Counted from the stretch's first letter, positions 49,184 to 59,669 are shown. The stretch: DNA of 64,000 bases from a virus (IMGVR_UViG_3300030060_008003:1-64000), one strand, 5' to 3'. Program-made: numbers and translations. The notes: a model not told the origin generated them from the letters alone.

Positions 49184-49720
49184 TTATGCTGTGTCTTCTT
49201 TATAAGATTCGTTATCCAATTGAACGATATAATTATCTTTTTTAGTAAGAAATGTAAATCTAGAGCTATTATAGCTTTTGTTTAAGAGATCCAGCCCTAC
49301 TAAGTCAATATCTTCAACAGTTTGATAATAACCGCCCGTTCGTATATTTATAGGTGCGCTTAATTGCGTTGTTTCACCTGTAACATACCCCACATTAATT
49401 TTTAATACTACAGACTTGTTAAGCGCGTAATTAGACGGCTCGTATATATGATTATATAGATCTGATAGATATTTTGGTGCAATACCTCTATTTACTTCAG
49501 GATATATTGAATCCTTTAAATAGTCGCGAAAAATAGTAACATCAGGCTCTAGTACAGGTGTACCGTCGCCCCAATCAATTGCTAGATAGTTTGGAAATGT
49601 ACCGGTAAATATATCTACCAAATTTATATTAAAGTTAGTAACATCAAAAAGATCGATAGTATCGTAAAGTATAGAGCCACCAACTTCTGTTGTAGATATA
49701 GAGAAAGTAAATGTATTCAT
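49184..49720 (-). CDS. PKD-like structural protein
   Basis: IDWGDGT...HIY. Confidence 0.55.
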   Translation of the reverse strand: MNTFTFSISTTEVGGSILYDTIDLFDVTNFNINLVDIFTGTFPNYLAIDWGDGTPVLEPDVTIFRDYLKDSIYPEVNRGIAPKYLSDLYNHIYEPSNYALNKSVVLKINVGYVTGETTQLSAPINIRTGGYYQTVEDIDLVGLDLLNKSYNSSRFTFLTKKDNYIVQLDNESYKEDTA

Positions 49721-52710
49721 AGTATTAAAGCTGCTCCGGATAAGGGTGAGGGTGTAACGTTAGTTGTTGTTAAGGTAGGTACAATAGATGATAGTACAAA
49801 ATTGATATTATTTAAATTGCGTATATTTTTTGCTGATTGTGTAAAGTTAAAAGTAAATCTACTATTATTACAAACATATGCCTCTGTATTTAAAAACTTA
49901 ACGTCATCAACATACTCAAAGAGATAATTTAATAAGACCGGTCCTTTATTTTGATCCTTTAAAACTACAGCAAGATTAAATTGATTATTATCACTGCTAT
50001 ACGTCAGTTGAGGGCGGCTACACTCAATGTATACTGAATCATCAGCCGTTAATGCAAAGTACGCTGCTGATGAAAGGACAGGGTTACCGGTTGTTGGATA
50101 TATTTGTTCACTCTTATCGTTTGCGTAATTATATTTGTAGATCTCTGGGTAAAAATTATCACCTTTATAACCTACTTGTTGCCTCGCCATCCGACAGTAG
50201 AAAACATCATCCTGTACCTTTAGCCTATTACTAGCCTTATCAAAGAAATTTGTATTTATTGTTAATGAATTTGTAAAAGTATTTGGCGTTTTAAATGTTT
50301 CATTATCGTAATTAGTTCTCTCAATAACTACGTAACTACTAGTTTCGATAAATAATGTACTATAGAAGATATCGAAATTAACAACAGCCGTGGATAATTC
50401 ATTACAAACAGCTTTGTTATACTTTGTAGAGATATAAGGTAACCACTCTGTAAGCTCCTTTACTGCTGGTTTATTTGGCGCTTGATTTACATTTTTAATG
50501 TATATCTTACCTAAGTGCTCCCTTTTATCAAAAAATCTTGATGTCGCAGACGTAACGTCAGCTATAGACGTTTTCGCGAAAACGTCTGTTTCATAATCAA
50601 ATTTTTCTCTATTTTGCGAATAGTTAAATATAATTTTATCTGTAAATAAACCACCGTCGTAATTTTTAACATCATTCCCAGAGTTGCCAGATCCGCCTGA
50701 TAGTCGAACATTATAACTAAAATTACCTACAAGGCTTTTAGTAAATGCATCAGTTGGATCGCATAATGCTGTAAAGATAGTTTTACCAGGGAAGGAGGTA
50801 GGGTAAGGAGGATTTGTATTGAACAAACCAATACCTGCTTCTGTTAATTCAGAAAAATAAAATTGATCTGTACTAGCAGCGTAGGAGCTTAAATCAGAGA
50901 TATTTGAAACGCCTATATCTGTTGCACTTGTTGGGTCTACGAGAGCTTCTGTATCTGAAAAAGCAAAATATGCGCCTTCTTTTACATCAGCATCAATAGT
51001 AAATCCTGCAGGTCTTTTATAGTCGACTTCTAAGTAATTAGATGGCTCTTTTAACCCTTGATAGGGATTAAAATATCTGTAAAATATATTGTAAGCAGAA
51101 GTTGGAAAACTAGTCCAACTACCCGGTGTATCGGGTATTAAGCCAGGTGTAGATCGGCCAGTAAACCCATTTGTAAAGGTAGAAAGACCAGATCTTATAG
51201 TCTCAGCAAATGTAGCAGAATCTGATATTTTATATGAAAATTTATAACCTTCACCGTATAGGTCATCGAAAAATTGATAACCGTTCATTAACAAGCTCTT
51301 AACTTGCTTACGCGTTTCAACTGTTACATTATTTCGATAGTAATTTGAATCTTTTACCAACCCAAATATATTACCGAATAGATCTTTCTTACTATCAAAA
51401 ATATAGCCTTCATCAAACAGATAAGATAGATCAGTATTTAAATTTCTATCCTGACCCATTTCAGAATTATAACCTATAAAAGCAGTACTATCTCTATCTG
51501 TGTTAGGTTGATTAACTGCAATACCCTTACTGGCATTATTAATGGCACGTGACGTATCGATAATAAATGTAAGAACATTTTCTGTATTTGTAAATAAATT
51601 AGGATCTGGAAAAATATATAATTGATTTGGTGGATATTTTTTTCTCGTGAAAAACTGTAATCGTTTACCTTCAATAACTACAATTGCAGAATTTTGTGGT
51701 CTAAAAAATCCTAGATCTCGCTCGCTAACTATATCATTAGAAAAAATTGATGCTGTAGATGGAAAATCTTGATTTAAGAAATTAGCATATGGCTTTTGTG
51801 CTTTAAACAACATTTTTATATTGTTGTTTTCGTCAAGTTCAGGGTTACCCTCCCCATCTGTTGCAATATAATAGAAGTCAGCTCCCATGAACTTTTCTGT
51901 AAGCTTCCTTTTATTGCTAAATAAAGAATCTTCTTTTACATTAAAATTTAAAGTTTGTTGAGCTTCTTTAAGCTCAATTAGATCACTAGCAACATTAGCA
52001 AAGACCTGTTGTATAAGCGACTCATCATTTAATAAAAATATATTATCTCGTGGTAACTGCGAAGGATCATACCCTTGAAAAGTTTCACCGTAAGATGATG
52101 CATCAGGAGTTTTATTAAAGTACTGTGCGAAGTTATCAAAGTACTCTGTCATCGATATTGATAAATGTTCTTTAATTTTATCTATATCATAATCCTTAGC
52201 AGATGTACTACGGTTTTCTAGAAATTCTAAAATAAGATCTATAGCAGCTTGCTCTGCACCTAATGTACTACCTTTTACTTTTGCTTTTGTAGTTGCATAA
52301 TGTAGTTTTTGTCTTTTACTTTTGTAGTACGATATAATACTTCGTATCTTCTTACTGTAAAAAGACATTGCTACTTCTAAATCATGAGGATCAGAAAAAT
52401 CTAATTGTGTGAGAAATCTTTGCTCTGCGTTAGTAGAAAAATTTAAAGTAATATCTTTTAAAAAGTCACGATAACGTTCAATTATTATACCTTTATTATC
52501 ACTATCTTGACCTTCAATTATAACGTTCCACCTACTAATGTATGTATTATAAAAACTGGTTAATGTATCCGGATCGTATTGCTCAGTTACAGTTTCTATA
52601 AACTGAACAAAAGAAAATGGAGTAAATCTATCTAATGCATCATCACGATTAACATTAGGATTAGTTATAGATAAATCTACTTCAGGGTAGCCTGTAACAA
52701 TAGTATCCAT
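49717..52710 (-). CDS. large putative baseplate protein
   Basis: 997 aa; late promoter; baseplate context. Confidence 0.5.
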   Translation of the reverse strand: MDTIVTGYPEVDLSITNPNVNRDDALDRFTPFSFVQFIETVTEQYDPDTLTSFYNTYISRWNVIIEGQDSDNKGIIIERYRDFLKDITLNFSTNAEQRFLTQLDFSDPHDLEVAMSFYSKKIRSIISYYKSKRQKLHYATTKAKVKGSTLGAEQAAIDLILEFLENRSTSAKDYDIDKIKEHLSISMTEYFDNFAQYFNKTPDASSYGETFQGYDPSQLPRDNIFLLNDESLIQQVFANVASDLIELKEAQQTLNFNVKEDSLFSNKRKLTEKFMGADFYYIATDGEGNPELDENNNIKMLFKAQKPYANFLNQDFPSTASIFSNDIVSERDLGFFRPQNSAIVVIEGKRLQFFTRKKYPPNQLYIFPDPNLFTNTENVLTFIIDTSRAINNASKGIAVNQPNTDRDSTAFIGYNSEMGQDRNLNTDLSYLFDEGYIFDSKKDLFGNIFGLVKDSNYYRNNVTVETRKQVKSLLMNGYQFFDDLYGEGYKFSYKISDSATFAETIRSGLSTFTNGFTGRSTPGLIPDTPGSWTSFPTSAYNIFYRYFNPYQGLKEPSNYLEVDYKRPAGFTIDADVKEGAYFAFSDTEALVDPTSATDIGVSNISDLSSYAASTDQFYFSELTEAGIGLFNTNPPYPTSFPGKTIFTALCDPTDAFTKSLVGNFSYNVRLSGGSGNSGNDVKNYDGGLFTDKIIFNYSQNREKFDYETDVFAKTSIADVTSATSRFFDKREHLGKIYIKNVNQAPNKPAVKELTEWLPYISTKYNKAVCNELSTAVVNFDIFYSTLFIETSSYVVIERTNYDNETFKTPNTFTNSLTINTNFFDKASNRLKVQDDVFYCRMARQQVGYKGDNFYPEIYKYNYANDKSEQIYPTTGNPVLSSAAYFALTADDSVYIECSRPQLTYSSDNNQFNLAVVLKDQNKGPVLLNYLFEYVDDVKFLNTEAYVCNNSRFTFNFTQSAKNIRNLNNINFVLSSIVPTLTTTNVTPSPLSGAALIL

Positions 52711-52725
52711 TAAACATATTTATCT

Positions 52726-55008
52726 CTAGAACAGAGATAGACTACTAAATAAGGAGTTTCGAATCATAACATCAAATACATTGTTATCACCCTCTAGTGC
52801 ACTAAGTGGTGTATTGTAATCGAGTGTTGTTAAGCCATTTTTATAATCAATCAACCCTCCTTCTATAGTATTATCAAACCCAGCAGATAGACTGTAAAAT
52901 TTATAAAATTTATCTACTTCTGTTGTATCATACGACGCTGGTAATACTAAAGGCCACCCCCAATACGAGCCACTACTCGTTATAGCAGATCCTGTAGGTA
53001 CGGTCGTACTAAGATCACTCAACATATACGTATTAGTATTACGTGAACGTGAATATGCCGCACCAAACTCACCAGACCCACCACTAAGCGCACATAACGG
53101 TTGATACGTATTTAACCTTGTATACGTTTCACTAAATTTTTCATAAGCGACTATATCAGTCCCGGCAGAAACTTCATACGTTAATGTATCTAACAACCCA
53201 TTTAAATTTTTACCATATGTGACTTTTGTTGTATGCCCTTGAGGGTCATAATTTTCATCAAATTTATTTTGCGTACCTCTAAATTTATTATAATTAACAC
53301 TCAAAACGCTCATCAACCTATCTACCATTTCTGGTTGTTGTGCTAAAGCTCTATCAAAAACCAAACCATCATCATCTGTTAAACTAGCTAAATTAATGAG
53401 AGAGTTTATATCGCAATAATCTATGTCATTAGTATTTGATGTAAAATTTTGAATCTTAGACCATAGCTTTTTACCCAAAACAGTATAATCACTACTTACA
53501 CTACCAAAGATAGTTCCTATAAAATCAGTAAATAATATATCTTTATCTAATAAAATTTCTTGGAATCTCAAATCTTTTATTGTTTGTTCAAAATCAAAAT
53601 TTTCATTTTGTTTGTACGCTTCATAATAATTTTTAGGGTAACAAGTAAATGGAGCAAAACCAGTTACAGTATTTTTTAATGTTGGGCTTGTGGCAGTGTC
53701 TTCATATAGGCATTTTGCGCTTAAAGTTAAGACTGATGGTTTGCCAGAAAGCGTCGCTAGAGTTTTGTCATTAAATGTTAATAATCCCCTATACCAAAAT
53801 CTTGTATCAAAAGCAGATAAAGGCGCAGCACTTAAACTCTGTATATCGTAATGAGTTGTAGACACAACAACACCACTGACACCAGGTATAACTTCTGGCG
53901 ATGTCCCGGATAATAATTCAAATGTAGGTGTTGTGTTACTTGACAAAGACTTCATTGTAAAGTAGCCTGTGTTCTTTGGTGATAAAATAAATGGGATACC
54001 TAATCCTTTAAATTGAATCGGTGAAACTTCAAAAGTTTCAACACTATCACCTTCACCGGGTATACCATTTGACGTAATTGCTATACTACTAATAGTTTGC
54101 GAAGAAACTGTTCCGACTAAAGAGGAGAGAGTAATAGTAAAGTTATTTGAATAATCGTTATTTTTAAATCCTGATGTAGTATCTGAAAAAATATTATCTC
54201 TATCTTTAAAGAGAGATATGTTAACAGGCCTATAGGGTTGTTTTTGTCTGTCAGTTTTAAAATAAAATATATCTTTACCAGAACTACCAGCGTGAAAGCT
54301 TGAAATATGTGAACTAGTAGTGTTAACTATAGAGAAGGCTGTCGGACCTTTACCTGATGTGTGATTGTTTCCGCTTAAACGTACATATATGTTTGTAGAT
54401 GATAAAGACATTTTCTTTATCTCTTCATATTCAAATCCCGATAACGTGTCAATGTAGTTTTTCTTATAAAATGAGTGAAATGCTCTAAGATTATTAAATT
54501 TATTTGGCTTTATATTAAAAAAGTTAGGTACATCGCATCCTGATACAGAAAAGTAGATATCTTGAAAATCTTGATAAAAGGGTGTTTGAGAATTAATTGT
54601 TACCGGGTTTGAAAATTCACCTGCTGATAATTCTAATATATTTGATTTAGTCGGTCCCGCTGTTACAGAAAAGGTATTAGTAATGTAATCGTGTATTGTT
54701 ATATTAGTACTGTATGACGCTAGTATACTATTATTATCACAGTCGCGTAAAACCATTCGAACGTTGTATACACCTGGATATTGATATGCATGGGTACTTG
54801 TTAATGTGTTACCGTAGGTACCATCACCAAAGTCAAAGGTTGCTTTAAGAGTGTTATATTGTGTAGTTACAGCTTCACCACCTAAAGAGCTAGGTATACG
54901 CGCTTTAAATGTAAGAGGGGTAAAGGGTAAATTGTATGAAGATAATTTAGCTTCACGCTTAAAATCTTCTACATCAAAGGTTGCATAATTAACTTGTATA
55001 TTACTCAT
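52726..55008 (-). CDS. PKD-domain baseplate wedge-associated protein
   Basis: FDFGDGT...HAYQYPGVYNVRM; directly after gp6 (gp7 position). Confidence 0.55.
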   Translation of the reverse strand: MSNIQVNYATFDVEDFKREAKLSSYNLPFTPLTFKARIPSSLGGEAVTTQYNTLKATFDFGDGTYGNTLTSTHAYQYPGVYNVRMVLRDCDNNSILASYSTNITIHDYITNTFSVTAGPTKSNILELSAGEFSNPVTINSQTPFYQDFQDIYFSVSGCDVPNFFNIKPNKFNNLRAFHSFYKKNYIDTLSGFEYEEIKKMSLSSTNIYVRLSGNNHTSGKGPTAFSIVNTTSSHISSFHAGSSGKDIFYFKTDRQKQPYRPVNISLFKDRDNIFSDTTSGFKNNDYSNNFTITLSSLVGTVSSQTISSIAITSNGIPGEGDSVETFEVSPIQFKGLGIPFILSPKNTGYFTMKSLSSNTTPTFELLSGTSPEVIPGVSGVVVSTTHYDIQSLSAAPLSAFDTRFWYRGLLTFNDKTLATLSGKPSVLTLSAKCLYEDTATSPTLKNTVTGFAPFTCYPKNYYEAYKQNENFDFEQTIKDLRFQEILLDKDILFTDFIGTIFGSVSSDYTVLGKKLWSKIQNFTSNTNDIDYCDINSLINLASLTDDDGLVFDRALAQQPEMVDRLMSVLSVNYNKFRGTQNKFDENYDPQGHTTKVTYGKNLNGLLDTLTYEVSAGTDIVAYEKFSETYTRLNTYQPLCALSGGSGEFGAAYSRSRNTNTYMLSDLSTTVPTGSAITSSGSYWGWPLVLPASYDTTEVDKFYKFYSLSAGFDNTIEGGLIDYKNGLTTLDYNTPLSALEGDNNVFDVMIRNSLFSSLSLF

Positions 55009-56845
55009 CTGTTATAACAATGCGATCAGCTACAGATAGTGGCGAATATAAATATGGAAACTTAAAAAACGGTAACGTCTTATCTTGATTCACTAATTCT
55101 ATATCACTTTCTGGGTACTGTGGATTGAATGATAAAAATGATACACCACCGGTAAATATTTCACCCGTTGTTTCATTTCTAGTTTCGATACGTTTTATTC
55201 CCTCTAAAGAAAGAATGTCATTAGCAAGATTTATTAATTTTAAATTACCACCTAACACATTATCATCAGGATTAAAAAACTTTTTAATTAAACTACCAAT
55301 TCTTGTCTTTAGAGTTGTTTTATTTATTTTATTATTAGTTTCTCTTACAGCATATAGTTTTGTTTGGTCGAGTATATCTAATGTTAAATCTGCTGCGTCT
55401 CCTATACCTAGTCCAAAAGCCATGTATATAGGATCTCGTGGTACGACAGTATTTGATAACATTTTTCTATCTTGTGTTTGAGTAACAATATAATTTTTAA
55501 ACGAATTACTCAAAAAAGGTGGATAAGATTTATCTTCTGCTATTTTAAATTTAGGTACAACAAAAACATTTATATTATTAAAGTCACAAGAATCAGCAAA
55601 GTTAACTTGATTAATTATTACTCTGTTAACCTTATTTGGATCAACGCATATATCATAAAAATATTGTATATACTCATTAATATAGCTATCATTACTAACC
55701 ACTTTTGTACTAGCGATAACGTTGGCTAGGTTTTTTTGTAAAAATGATTGATAGTCTCCTTCTGTAACTAATCTTAATTGTGAAGAAAACATTTTTGGAG
55801 CATTTTGTCTGATTTGCTCTACTGTTTCTTCTGTAGAAAGTGCAGAAGAATTAAGTGGGTTATTAAATGTAATTTTCGGACTATTAGTAATATTTAAAAA
55901 GGTAGTTTCAGTTTTATTTGGGTATAAGTCTTGAAATAGTTCACGCTGCCTAGTAGAGTCGTAAACAAACAGTTTATTACCGTTGATAATATTCTTACTA
56001 ATAACACCAGCAGTATTATCAGATAGTATATAGTTTACTGATACTATATCTCCTCCATCGAGCTTCTTACCGAACACGCCGCTACCAAACTTTATTTCAT
56101 AGTGTCCATATTCATTTAATCTCAACTCACAAACCCTATCAACAGATTTTGTGAGATATAAACTCTCCACAATCTCATACTCATAATATGTGTTATTACT
56201 TAATTCTTTAACATATACGCTTAATGTACCGTCAGCAATAAATTTATCACTATTACTATCAACAATGTTATCAACTACAACAGGTAGAATTTCAAACTCT
56301 TCACCTTGAGCAGTGTAGTCAGGGTATTCTTTTATTGTACCTTGGTATAATATAGTTTCATCATTTACACTCTGTAGCGTCTCTACCCCGTTAGTTGATT
56401 TATTGAAAGATATATCTTTGTTAAAATTATACTGCACCCCATCAGCTAAAAAGTAAGAATATTTACGAATAGTATAGTTACCAATTGGTAAAGAAGCCGC
56501 AGCCACAGCATTTATTGGAACAATTGAAGTTTGCTTTCCAGCTGGCTTATAACCTATCAGCTTAACAATTTTATTCATGTTTTCATACAAAGTAGCTTGA
56601 TCGAAATTGACTTCTGCTGCTGTGTTGTTTAAGTAAAATAAGAGAACATGATATGAATAAGCGATTATATCAATAACCGCTGCCAGGTTACTACCTTCAT
56701 AGTTTTGATCTGTAAATTTTTGATTTTCATCTAATCGATTAATAATGTAGTCTTTTAAACTTACAGCATCAAACGCAACATACGCGTCCTGCGGAAGATT
56801 AAAATCTAAAAACTTGTTTGATGTCTCGTTTGTGTTAGTTGGCAT
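55001..56845 (-). CDS. 6: gp6 baseplate wedge subunit
   Basis: FTDQNYEGSNL..IIDIIAY, LIGYKP, IKFGSGVFGK, IRQNAP...QLRLVTEGDY. Confidence 0.9.
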   Translation of the reverse strand: MPTNTNETSNKFLDFNLPQDAYVAFDAVSLKDYIINRLDENQKFTDQNYEGSNLAAVIDIIAYSYHVLLFYLNNTAAEVNFDQATLYENMNKIVKLIGYKPAGKQTSIVPINAVAAASLPIGNYTIRKYSYFLADGVQYNFNKDISFNKSTNGVETLQSVNDETILYQGTIKEYPDYTAQGEEFEILPVVVDNIVDSNSDKFIADGTLSVYVKELSNNTYYEYEIVESLYLTKSVDRVCELRLNEYGHYEIKFGSGVFGKKLDGGDIVSVNYILSDNTAGVISKNIINGNKLFVYDSTRQRELFQDLYPNKTETTFLNITNSPKITFNNPLNSSALSTEETVEQIRQNAPKMFSSQLRLVTEGDYQSFLQKNLANVIASTKVVSNDSYINEYIQYFYDICVDPNKVNRVIINQVNFADSCDFNNINVFVVPKFKIAEDKSYPPFLSNSFKNYIVTQTQDRKMLSNTVVPRDPIYMAFGLGIGDAADLTLDILDQTKLYAVRETNNKINKTTLKTRIGSLIKKFFNPDDNVLGGNLKLINLANDILSLEGIKRIETRNETTGEIFTGGVSFLSFNPQYPESDIELVNQDKTLPFFKFPYLYSPLSVADRIVITDE

Positions 56846-56847
56846 GG

Positions 56848-57336
56848 TTATAATACGTAATATCCGTTACTATTTAATAATGATTTGAGAGTTATCCCAT
56901 AAGCATCTAATGAGGGAATGTTTATTTGCATTTCAATATAATATTCTTGTGCGTCTGTAATAGCATCTACATTAACATTTTCAAGTTGTATACGTGGCTC
57001 TTGTGAAGGTAGTAAGGTATCAATATCATATTTAATTTTATAAGCAGTAGAGCTATTAACCGGGTCAAATAGGTATCTTCTTAAATCTAAACCAAATTCT
57101 GGATTTAGGATTTTTTGACCCGGCGAAGTTAAAAATATATTAATAAGACTATTTTTAATAGCTTGTAAATCATATGATCCTTGAACATCTTTTAAAATTA
57201 CATCTTTCTTAAGCTGTTTATTATAGTATACTTCAGGCACGAGGTCTAAAAAGAGATCTTTGTAAAGATAGCCTCCCTCTAAGGCTGCTTCCCCACCTTT
57301 GTCTATTGTTACGTCCTTTATCTTAATTAAAGCCAT
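56848..57336 (-). CDS. 25: gp25 baseplate wedge subunit
   Basis: AIKNSLINIFLTSPGQKILNPEFGLDLRRYLFDP...EPRI. Confidence 0.92.
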   Translation of the reverse strand: MALIKIKDVTIDKGGEAALEGGYLYKDLFLDLVPEVYYNKQLKKDVILKDVQGSYDLQAIKNSLINIFLTSPGQKILNPEFGLDLRRYLFDPVNSSTAYKIKYDIDTLLPSQEPRIQLENVNVDAITDAQEYYIEMQINIPSLDAYGITLKSLLNSNGYYVL

Positions 57337-57342
57337 TTATAA

Positions 57343-57348
57343 TATTTA
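57343..57348 (-). promoter_or_regulatory. late promoter core (25-6 operon)
   Basis: TAAATA-6nt-ATG. Confidence 0.65.
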
Positions 57349-57374
57349 ATACCTCAGTGGTAAATCGAGATTAA

Positions 57375-57394
57375 GGAACTATAATATAATTATA
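57375..57394 (+). promoter_or_regulatory. GGAACT-class promoter, copy 2
   Basis: Identical 20-mer, starting 22 nt before ATG as in copy 1. Confidence 0.6.
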
Positions 57395-57396
57395 AT

Positions 57397-57663
57397 ATGC
57401 GTGTTAAAGGAAAGACCGAAGTAGATGTAGAAATAACTGTGTCAGAACTAGTATCTGCTCTTAAAGAAGAAATTTATGCAGCCTTAAATCTTCCTAAACC
57501 GAGAGAAGGGCGGGTGTATATTAAAGACGGTCGATTTGTTCATGAAAAGTCTGTATATACAACACACTCTTTCGAAATTGAAGAAGATCTAGGTCTTGCT
57601 ATAGAAGACGATACTGATGTGTTTACAGCGTTTCATACTATAGCAGAATTTCTTAGAGATTAA
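57397..57663 (+). CDS. hypothetical protein
   Basis: 88 aa; GGAACT-ATAA-TATAAT upstream. Confidence 0.6.
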   Translation: MRVKGKTEVDVEITVSELVSALKEEIYAALNLPKPREGRVYIKDGRFVHEKSVYTTHSFEIEEDLGLAIEDDTDVFTAFHTIAEFLRD

Positions 57664-57710
57664 GTTCCGTAATACCGTGTGATTATTTGCAGGTCTGCAT
57701 AAATAATATT

Positions 57711-58271
57711 ATGGCAGATAAAAAGTTTGTTAACTTGCATGAATCTTATATGAGAAGATACGAGCGTGGTGGTTTCCTCGTTGGTGATGTTTTTGAGTTT
57801 AATGATGACTATGAATCAACTGATTGTTATAAAGAACTTCCAAAAGCTACAAAAGATCTTTTAACTAAAATGAAAGATTCCGGTCTTCATATTAGAGTTA
57901 CCGGTATTAAAGATACAGCACCTACTCGTTACCCTGCTAGTTCGCAACAGTCTTCCTTAGATGTAAATTTAAATCTCGCTCTAGATGAGGGCGGCGGGAG
58001 ATACTCACATTATGTTACTGTGCCCGGTTTGCTGGGACACGCTGTGCAATACGCTCCAAACCTTCTACCTATTCCGGATGCTTTAAAGAGAAAAAGCGAT
58101 GTTAATATTAAGCCTGAAGAAGCAGAAGAGACGACAGCCCCACAGGCCCCGGAGAACCCAGTAAGAGCATTACCAAAACAGAATACAGTAATTCCAAGTG
58201 ACCCAGCTACACCTTCCCCGGCTGCTACATCGTATACGAATCAGTATCTTGCTGACTTAAAAAAAGCTTAA
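57711..58271 (+). CDS. late hypothetical protein
   Basis: ATG 57711 is 5 nt after TAAATA; MADKKFVNLHE start. Confidence 0.6.
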   Translation: MADKKFVNLHESYMRRYERGGFLVGDVFEFNDDYESTDCYKELPKATKDLLTKMKDSGLHIRVTGIKDTAPTRYPASSQQSSLDVNLNLALDEGGGRYSHYVTVPGLLGHAVQYAPNLLPIPDALKRKSDVNIKPEEAEETTAPQAPENPVRALPKQNTVIPSDPATPSPAATSYTNQYLADLKKA

Positions 58272-59188
58272 ACCCTTTCTAGGTTAACTAAACAAGCAAA
58301 GGCGTTAATCTCTTTATCTACTACAAACGCACTTTTATAGAGATGATCTGCAATAATAGCAATCATCTCTTTCTTTTTGATATCATCAATATTAGCAGAG
58401 TAGATAAAATTTAGATAGTTACTTAATAAAGTATCATAATCACCTTGAAATCTGTCTTCGTTTTCAATTAGATATCTTCTTGCTTCTAAACATTGCTTAG
58501 AAGCTATTTTTTTGAAAACGGCTTCGAGCAGCTCGTTATCACTAACAACGCTAGTAATACACAACTCTGAATCAATGACGTTCTTCTGTAGCTCGTTGAT
58601 CGTTTTCCGTAAATCGGGGAAGTGACGCTTGACAAGTTGGACAAACTTCTTCTTTTGCTCTTCCGGTACTTTAACATTTTCATCTTTAAGAATATTATAA
58701 CATCTTTTAACTGCTAATTCAACAACAGGTTTAATAGTCAGTGATTGACATCTTGATTGTAGAGCTGGTATAATTTTATGTTTGTAATTTGCAGTAAGGA
58801 TAAACCGACAGTACTTAGCATACGTCTCCATAGTATTACGCAAAGCAGCTTGCGCCTGTGAAGTGAGACCATCAGCCTCATCTAGAATAACGACCTTAAC
58901 TCCACCATCAAAAGACTTAGTTTGTGCAAAATTAGTGATATTATGTCGAATAGTATCAATACCAGACTCATCAGAAGCATTAATATAAAGGTAATTACAT
59001 CCGAGAATATCGTTAACAATAACTCTAGCAAGGGTGGTCTTACCAGTACCAGGATTACCAACAAAAAGAAGATTAGGTATTTCATTCGTATATTCTTCGA
59101 CAACGCGTAATGTCTCATTATCTAAAATAACATCACTCAGCGTTTGCGGTCGATATTTTTCAACCCAAATTTTATCAAAATCAATCAT
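58268..59188 (-). CDS. 44: gp44 clamp loader ATPase subunit
   Basis: WVEKYRP, GNPGTGKT, INASD, LDEAD, SRC, FPDLRK. Confidence 0.93.
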   Translation of the reverse strand: MIDFDKIWVEKYRPQTLSDVILDNETLRVVEEYTNEIPNLLFVGNPGTGKTTLARVIVNDILGCNYLYINASDESGIDTIRHNITNFAQTKSFDGGVKVVILDEADGLTSQAQAALRNTMETYAKYCRFILTANYKHKIIPALQSRCQSLTIKPVVELAVKRCYNILKDENVKVPEEQKKKFVQLVKRHFPDLRKTINELQKNVIDSELCITSVVSDNELLEAVFKKIASKQCLEARRYLIENEDRFQGDYDTLLSNYLNFIYSANIDDIKKKEMIAIIADHLYKSAFVVDKEINAFACLVNLERV

Positions 59189-59190
59189 AA

Positions 59191-59613
59191 TTACTTACCA
59201 GATGAACCAAAGCCTTTTTCACCTCGAAGAGACTGTTCAATCTCACCTTCAATAACTTCAACATCATGATTATTATAAACTACAAACTGCGCAATTCTAT
59301 CACCAGCTTTGATTTCATAATCTTTATCAGTTAAGTTATACAGCTTGATTCCAGCGCTACCTCTGTAACCACTATCAATAATACCTGGATGAGGTAAAAT
59401 ACCATGCTTAAATCCTAAACCTGATCTACCTTCTATTCTCACCCAATAGCCTGGTTGAATATAAGCAAACTTTAGCCCCACGTCAATAACCGCGGACCCT
59501 TTTGCAGGAATAGTCTTATCCTCTACACACGTAACATCCAGTCCCGTGTCGTCCTTATGGTTTTTAGAAGGTAGAACTGCATTCTCAGTAATCTTCTTAA
59601 ATTTCAATATCAT
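59191..59613 (-). CDS. dut: trimeric dUTPase
   Basis: GLD, GRSG, GIIDSGYRG, RIAQ, RGEKGFGSSG. Confidence 0.95.
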   Translation of the reverse strand: MILKFKKITENAVLPSKNHKDDTGLDVTCVEDKTIPAKGSAVIDVGLKFAYIQPGYWVRIEGRSGLGFKHGILPHPGIIDSGYRGSAGIKLYNLTDKDYEIKAGDRIAQFVVYNNHDVEVIEGEIEQSLRGEKGFGSSGK

Positions 59614-59619
59614 ATACTT

Positions 59620-59647
59620 ATGATAAGATATATTGTAAAAAATTCAA
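59620..59647 (-). promoter_or_regulatory. sigma70-like promoter (dut-44)
   Basis: TTGAAT-N16-TATCAT-6nt-ATG. Confidence 0.65.
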
Positions 59648-59669
59648 GTATAGATTAAATATACGTGTA

